DNA of 64,000 bases from Cenarchaeum sp. (GTDB taxonomy: Archaea; Thermoproteota; Nitrososphaeria; Nitrososphaerales; Nitrosopumilaceae), in assembly GCA_965206845.1 (NCBI GenBank), contig OZ242221.1, forward strand, positions 64,001-128,000. Reading direction: 5' to 3'. Under the pieces are notes generated by a model. The model was given only the letters and a program-made list of their open reading frames with translations, was not told the DNA's origin and ran no database searches. The position numbers were made by a program, and so were the translations under genes. Positions 56,913-64,000 of this stretch are shown piece by piece; position 1 is the stretch's first letter, and each line of letters starts with the position of its first letter.

Positions 56913-58304
56913 ATGAGTCAGATAACCACGGTGAATCCCGCCACAGACGAGCGTATTGCAACGTATCAGGCCATGGACGGGGCTCAGATATCAGGCATGG
57001 TGGGAAAAGCCAAGAGGATATTTCCAGAGTGGAAGAAGAGCTACGAGAAGCGCAGAACCCACATCTACAGCCTGATCGAGTACCTGAAGAAAAACAAGAC
57101 ACGGCTTGCAGAGGTTGCGACCGCAGAGATGGGAAAGGCCCTCAAGGAGTCCATTGGCGAGGTAGAGAAGTGCATCTGGGCGCTGGAGTTTTACGCCGAC
57201 TATGGAGACAGCTTCCTGGCTGACGAGGTGCTAAACACAGATGCAAGAAAGACCTTTCTGACCTTCGAGCCGCTGGGGGTGATCGGATCCATAATGCCGT
57301 GGAACTTTCCATACTGGCAGGCGCTGAGGTTTGCTGCTCCGTGCCTGATGGCCGGAAACGTGATCATAATGAAGCCTGCAAGCATGACGATGCAGACGGG
57401 AATCGAGATCGAGCAGGCATTTACCGAGGCAGGCATCCCCGATGGGATCTTCCAGGCAGTCGTAGGAAGCGTAAGCTCTGCAAACCACCTGATCGACTCG
57501 GAGGTTAGCGCCGTCACATTTACCGGAAGCACCGGCGCCGGAGCAAAGGTTGGCGGAAGGGCGGCTGCAAACCTGAAAAAGTGCGTTCTAGAGCTTGGCG
57601 GAAGCGATCCCTTCATAGTGCTAGATGACGCAATCGTGGAAAAGGCGGCAGAAGGAGCCGTCAAGGGCAGGTTCATCAACTGCGGCCAGAGCTGCATAGC
57701 CTCAAAGAGGTTCTTTGTTGCAAAGAACGTCGCAAATGACTTTATCGAGATGTTCGTCAAAAAGGCATCACGGCTCAAGGTCGGGGATCCTATGTCCATT
57801 GAGACTGACATGGGCCCGATCTCAAGCAAGGGCGGGCTTGAGTGGATCTCAGAGATGGTGGAGGACGCAAAAGCCAAGGGGGCCGAGGTCCTTCTGGGCG
57901 GATCCAGGATCGACGGCAAGGGGTGTTTTTACCAGCCGACGATCCTTGGCAACGTCAAGCCGGACATGAGGATCGCAAGGGAGGAGACATTTGGGCCGGT
58001 AGCCCCGATCACAATAGTGGAGAATGAGCGCGAGGCCATCAGGCTTGCCAACGACAACGAGTTTGGCCTTGGCGCAAGCATCTGGACCAGCGATCTCACA
58101 AAGGCAGAGAAGATGTCCCGACGGATCGAGTCCGGTATCGTGAGCGTCAATAACGTGGTGGTCTCAGATCCCCGAATCCCATTCGGGGGAATCAAGCACA
58201 GCGGGTTTGGGAGGGAGCTTTCAAGGTACGGCATGCTGGAGTTTGTGAACATGAAGTCTATTAGGTACTATGACAACCTGGTGCACAACCACTACGTGGA
58301 GTAG
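56913..58304 (+). CDS. NAD(P)-dependent aldehyde dehydrogenase (succinate-semialdehyde dehydrogenase-like)
   Basis: IMPWNFP, FTGS, LELGGSDP, GQSCI, EETFGP, PFGG.K.SG.GRE. Confidence 0.92.
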   Translation: MSQITTVNPATDERIATYQAMDGAQISGMVGKAKRIFPEWKKSYEKRRTHIYSLIEYLKKNKTRLAEVATAEMGKALKESIGEVEKCIWALEFYADYGDSFLADEVLNTDARKTFLTFEPLGVIGSIMPWNFPYWQALRFAAPCLMAGNVIIMKPASMTMQTGIEIEQAFTEAGIPDGIFQAVVGSVSSANHLIDSEVSAVTFTGSTGAGAKVGGRAAANLKKCVLELGGSDPFIVLDDAIVEKAAEGAVKGRFINCGQSCIASKRFFVAKNVANDFIEMFVKKASRLKVGDPMSIETDMGPISSKGGLEWISEMVEDAKAKGAEVLLGGSRIDGKGCFYQPTILGNVKPDMRIAREETFGPVAPITIVENEREAIRLANDNEFGLGASIWTSDLTKAEKMSRRIESGIVSVNNVVVSDPRIPFGGIKHSGFGRELSRYGMLEFVNMKSIRYYDNLVHNHYVE

Positions 58305-58468
58305 CCTCTTGGCATCGCTACAGAGCCAGGTGGTGGCCATGGCTTCCGCCCAGTGTCCTACCAGGTTTACGGCATTTGCGTTCCACGGCTCCAGTCATGT
58401 CCTGCCACGTGCCGGCCTTGCAGTGGCAGTATCCGATACTGATCGAGCACATTCCCGCCCACAAACCA

Positions 58469-59831
58469 AACTCTGTTTCCTAATTATGCGGCACACAGAC
58501 ACCCGCCTGTGTGACTCTGTCTATGTCACTGCCTCCCCTCCTGTCTTGCTGCCTTCGGGACCGGTTTTACAGACGGGCACACCACCCTTGGCGTGCCATA
58601 TCCGTTGTCAATTGCCGTGTCAATCAGATGGTTGTACAGCCACACCTTGCCGTATATCTCAGTCTTGACGTTCTCCCACTTTCGTGCGTTCACGCACTCA
58701 CCGAGGACCCGTTTGAATGTGGAGAAGGCGATCTCGACTGCCCACCTGTCGTTGTATCCTGACTCTTTCCGCCATGCCTTCTGGAGCTCCCTCTTTTGCT
58801 CGCGCGTAAGATCTGCAAACTCGTGTTCTGTCTTCTTGTCTATGTGGTCAAAACCGCCAAGCTGCCTGAATCCTGCCTCCTTGCGTGGCATGCACCCGTT
58901 TGCGTTTCCGGCAAAATCAATGCGGACGGGAATCAGCGGGTTGGTTCCGCGCTCGTTGCAGTAGCTGCGGATGTTCTTGGTATCGTACGCACCGTCAGCT
59001 GCGATTCCGGCGTCTGCGGACGTACCCGCGTTTGGCGATTTTTCCGCATTTGCAAAAGCCTGCCCTACCAGCTCCTCAAACTGCGGGGAGTCTCCGCACT
59101 TGTCGTCAGTTATGACCACGGCATAGATCTTCTTGGTCCTGGTGTCTACGCCCACGTGCAGCTTTATGAATCCGCGCCTCGTGCCCCACTTTGCTGTCAT
59201 CCAGTCACCGCGGTTTGTAGGCTTGAGCCCGGTGGAGTCAAAGGCAAACAGGCTTATCTCGGTTCTCGTGTTGCCGTCTGAGAACCATGCGGCAGACGTA
59301 TTGCCACTGCCTTTCTCATCAAAAGTGCAGTCGAGTTTTGTCATCCTCTTCTGGAATGCCGAGTATGTGGGTGCGTTTACCTTGCCGACGATTGTCTCTG
59401 CCAGGCCCTGCAGCTGCCTGTACTTTATGCCCGTGGCGTTTCTGAACAGGGATGCTGCCGCAAAGCATGCGTTTGAAAAGCCAAACGGACGGCCGACCTT
59501 TCCATGATTTAGCTCCTCCAGGCCCTGTTTTAGGATCGCCATGCTTATCTGAAGCACGTACAGCTGGCCACGGTCTATGTACTTGCGGTCATCGTACTGG
59601 AGCCTGCATTTTTTCGGATTGGAAGATTTTTTAGTATTATGTGGGTCAGGTGCATTCGGAGAGGAGGTGTTTGTGGTCATGTTTCGCAGCCTGACTACCG
59701 GCACACCTCTCTGATCAATATGGCTTCTTGTTGAAAATGCCTGATGTGAAGCTCAAATTCAGTTGGCTTGCCTAATCTGACCTGATTTTGGAGCCACTAG
59801 GCGTGACTGGAAATAATTAGGAAACAGAGTT
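58469..59831 (-). mobile_element. Complete IS5-family element with perfect 19-bp TIRs and 8-bp TSD
   Basis: AACTCTGTTTCCTAATTAT / ATAATTAGGAAACAGAGTT; ACAAACCA at 58461-68 and 59832-39. Confidence 0.96.
58526..59680 (-). CDS. IS5-family (IS903-like) transposase, intact
   Basis: FDSTGLK, KLH.GVD, ADGAYD, YNDRWAVE.AFS.FK. Confidence 0.93.
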   Translation of the reverse strand: MTTNTSSPNAPDPHNTKKSSNPKKCRLQYDDRKYIDRGQLYVLQISMAILKQGLEELNHGKVGRPFGFSNACFAAASLFRNATGIKYRQLQGLAETIVGKVNAPTYSAFQKRMTKLDCTFDEKGSGNTSAAWFSDGNTRTEISLFAFDSTGLKPTNRGDWMTAKWGTRRGFIKLHVGVDTRTKKIYAVVITDDKCGDSPQFEELVGQAFANAEKSPNAGTSADAGIAADGAYDTKNIRSYCNERGTNPLIPVRIDFAGNANGCMPRKEAGFRQLGGFDHIDKKTEHEFADLTREQKRELQKAWRKESGYNDRWAVEIAFSTFKRVLGECVNARKWENVKTEIYGKVWLYNHLIDTAIDNGYGTPRVVCPSVKPVPKAARQEGRQ

Positions 59832-59876
59832 ACAAACCAGCTAACCTTATATTCTGAAACCAGAGACAGACACTGA

Positions 59877-61271
59877 TTGATAGTTGGAATAGACGACATA
59901 GCGATATACATACCAAGACTGTATGTGGACGCAGAGGACTTTGCGGACTACCGCCACGTGGATCCGGCCAAGCTGCAGAAGGGCCTAGGCATATCACAGA
60001 TGTCCATAGTGGATACGTATCAGGATCCTGCCTGTCTGGCATCAAACGCCTGTCTCAAGGTAATGAAGAAGAGCAAGCTGTCCCCCGATGACGTCGGCAG
60101 GCTGTATGTCTCCACCGAGTCCTCCTTGGACGAGTCCAAGGCGATGAACTCCTACGTTATCGGAATGCTGGAGCAGGTGTACGGCCGCGGAACATTCGAG
60201 CACTGCGGCGGCATAGAGACAAAGTTTGCCTGTGTCTCAGGCTCCTATGCCCTGTACGACAACGCAAACTGGATAAGAGCCGGAGAGGCAGACGGCAAGT
60301 ACTCGATGGTTGTGGTGTCCGATATTGCAAAGTATGATCTGGGCTCCTCTGGCGAGATGACCCAGGGCGCCGGCGCCGTTGCAATGCTGCTGTGCGATCA
60401 CCCCAAACTGATGGCATTTGATCCCAAGGTTACGGCCACCTCGATCAAGGACGAGTATGACTTTTACCGCCCATTTGGAAAGGAGACCCCCATAGTCAGG
60501 GGGCAGTACTCCAACATGCTGTACCTGATTCAGATAAGAAAGGCGCTAGAGGCGTACAAGAAGAAGGCAATATCCACGGGAACCATAGTTCCCAGAGATG
60601 GTGAGACCGTCCTGGATTATATCGACTACCTCTGCATGCACCTTCCATACTCCAACATGGGCAAGAAGGCCCTAGCATACCTTATGAGGCACGAGTGGAG
60701 ATCACTGCCGCGATGGCGTGACATCATCGAAAGGGTCGGCATGGAGGAACCCGTTCCCAAGGATCCCCGAGGAACCATCGAGTCGGTTCTTGCTGACATG
60801 GAGTTCATGCACAACGATCAAAACTTCCAGAGGCGGTTTACGAAGACGCCGGAGTTTAGGGAGACATACGAGAAGAAGATGGCAAGCTCACTCATTGCAT
60901 CCACAATGGTAGGCAACCTGTACACGGCCTCGCTGTATCTGGGGCTCAGAAGCACCATCGAGTTCGAGTACAAAAAGGGCGTCGATCTTTATGGCAAGCG
61001 CTTTGGATTTGGATCCTATGGCTCCGGAAGCTCTGCCATGGTCTTCTCTGGCACGGTACAGCCAGAGTACGCGGAAGTAGCAAAGAGGATGAGCCTTGAG
61101 TCAGAGATTGGTTCGAGAAGAAGACTCACCATAGACGAGTACGTGGCCCTGCATGAGAACAGGAGGGACTTTGCCGAGCCCATCTTGGATCCCAGCAAGG
61201 AGTTTGCCCTGGTGAGCATCGGAACCGGTCCGGAGTTCCGGGGAGAGCGCAAGTACACCTTTAACGAATAG
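59877..61271 (+). CDS. Hydroxymethylglutaryl-CoA synthase
   Basis: VGID, STES..D.SK, KFAC, SDIAKY, EMTQGAGA, HLPY, VGNLYTASLY, SYGSG; TTG start. Confidence 0.95.
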   Translation: MIVGIDDIAIYIPRLYVDAEDFADYRHVDPAKLQKGLGISQMSIVDTYQDPACLASNACLKVMKKSKLSPDDVGRLYVSTESSLDESKAMNSYVIGMLEQVYGRGTFEHCGGIETKFACVSGSYALYDNANWIRAGEADGKYSMVVVSDIAKYDLGSSGEMTQGAGAVAMLLCDHPKLMAFDPKVTATSIKDEYDFYRPFGKETPIVRGQYSNMLYLIQIRKALEAYKKKAISTGTIVPRDGETVLDYIDYLCMHLPYSNMGKKALAYLMRHEWRSLPRWRDIIERVGMEEPVPKDPRGTIESVLADMEFMHNDQNFQRRFTKTPEFRETYEKKMASSLIASTMVGNLYTASLYLGLRSTIEFEYKKGVDLYGKRFGFGSYGSGSSAMVFSGTVQPEYAEVAKRMSLESEIGSRRRLTIDEYVALHENRRDFAEPILDPSKEFALVSIGTGPEFRGERKYTFNE

Positions 61272-61274
61272 ACC

Positions 61275-62876
<1,602 letters not shown>

Positions 62877-62961
62877 ATCATGTGTTGCGCGTACTGGTTC
62901 TATTAAGTATGAACTCACAGCAGGCCGTAGTTGGGCAGGCGGCATTGCGCGAGGCGACAGC

Positions 62962-63465
62962 CTAGTCAAGATACCGGTCATACTTTTTGCGCGTCTCCTT
63001 GTCTGAGAGAACCTCGTATGCACGGTTGATCTCTGCCATGGCCTTCGAGTCTCCCCGGGACCTGTCAGGGTGAGTCTCTTTTGCCAGTTTCCTGAACCTG
63101 CTTCTGATCTCTGCCTGCGTTGCATCCCTTGAAATCCCTAGAACCTTGTAGCAGTCCGGCATGCCGGACTCTATCTCCTCCTGGAGCCCTTCGTCTGTCA
63201 TGCCTCTCTTCCCAAACTCCTCATAGTCGTCACTCCAGCCGGAGTGGTATTTTTCGTAGTCCCTGTTTCTCTTCGAGTCCGTTTCTGTCCTGTCATACTC
63301 GGTCCTCTTTCGGCTGAGCACTCCCCGTGCGGCATACAGCGCTATGCCGATTACAACTGCGACCGACACCGAGAACAGAATGGTAAGATCCGTATCTGAC
63401 GGCGCGGCACCATCCAAACCTTGACCAAAGGCCTCCAGCAACAGATACAACACAGTTCTGCTCAT
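62962..63465 (-). CDS. Membrane-anchored DnaJ (J-domain) protein
   Basis: TM helix, then CYKVLGI...HPD...[10 protein letters not shown]...YD. Confidence 0.9.
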   Translation of the reverse strand: MSRTVLYLLLEAFGQGLDGAAPSDTDLTILFSVSVAVVIGIALYAARGVLSRKRTEYDRTETDSKRNRDYEKYHSGWSDDYEEFGKRGMTDEGLQEEIESGMPDCYKVLGISRDATQAEIRSRFRKLAKETHPDRSRGDSKAMAEINRAYEVLSDKETRKKYDRYLD

Positions 63466-63471
63466 ATCGGA

Positions 63472-63909
63472 TCAGAACAGACGAAAATCTTCCTTCGTGG
63501 TGCCTAACACCACATGCGTGATTGTGTTCTCTACGCCGTCTATGGATGCGAGGTTTTTCACAAATCCGCTCAGATCCACACGGTTCCTGAACTTTGCGAT
63601 TACCGCAATGTCTGCGCTACCGGTAATGTCATACACTGCGCATACGTTTTCTATGCGCGCGATCGTCTCCTCGATCCTGATGAGGCGGTCTTTTTTTGCC
63701 ACGACCTCAATGACAGCCGACAGGTTGTACCCCATCATTTCATGGTTCAGCCGCACCGAGTACCCCACTATTACGCCGGATTTTCTGAGTTTTTTTATTC
63801 TGGAGAGTATCGTAACAGTCGACACTCCGAGCTTCAATGACAGCCTGCGGGCTGAGAGCCGCCCGTCAACCAGCAAGCTTTTCAGGATTTTTTCGTCGAT
63901 CTCATCCAC
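63472..63909 (-). CDS. Lrp/AsnC family transcriptional regulator
   Basis: DEIDEKIL..L..DGR, HTH, YDITGSAD. Confidence 0.93.
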   Translation of the reverse strand: MDEIDEKILKSLLVDGRLSARRLSLKLGVSTVTILSRIKKLRKSGVIVGYSVRLNHEMMGYNLSAVIEVVAKKDRLIRIEETIARIENVCAVYDITGSADIAVIAKFRNRVDLSGFVKNLASIDGVENTITHVVLGTTKEDFRLF

Positions 63910-64000
63910 GATGATGCTGACTTAAAAGCACATTAAAGTTTTAGCAAGCGATCTCTTCTGCACCGTCGGGATCTGCTCCCATCCCCTGCATGGACGAAGT

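Overview
High-GC archaeal DNA whose gene content points to an ammonia-oxidising Nitrososphaerota (Nitrosopumilaceae/Cenarchaeum-like) genome, probably a host-associated symbiont (inference). Housekeeping blocks at 1-17.7 kb and 55.8-64 kb encode methylmalonyl-CoA mutase subunits with MeaB, an M1 aminopeptidase, IlvC, NadM, MetG, AhcY, GAPDH, DsbA, an aldehyde dehydrogenase, HMG-CoA synthase, BioD, a J-domain protein and Lrp. Between them lies a ~38-kb accessory island. The island is bounded by two convergent giant repeat surface-protein genes (DUF285/BspA + Ig-like + PKD; S8 protease + Ig-like + DUF285 + PKD/FN3). Its interior holds a mirror-image pair of SWIM-finger/unknown gene modules and many intact and decayed IS elements. 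There are two top observations. (1) Two distinct archaeal IS110 elements have 5' non-coding ends that fold into two-loop bridge-RNA-like structures. Their guide segments match the elements' own junction sequences, which let me define ends and 2-nt cores by eye. (2) Three IS5-like/MITE insertions sit 14-15 nt upstream of TATA boxes, suggesting promoter-directed targeting. All family calls come from motif recognition by eye, not database searches.
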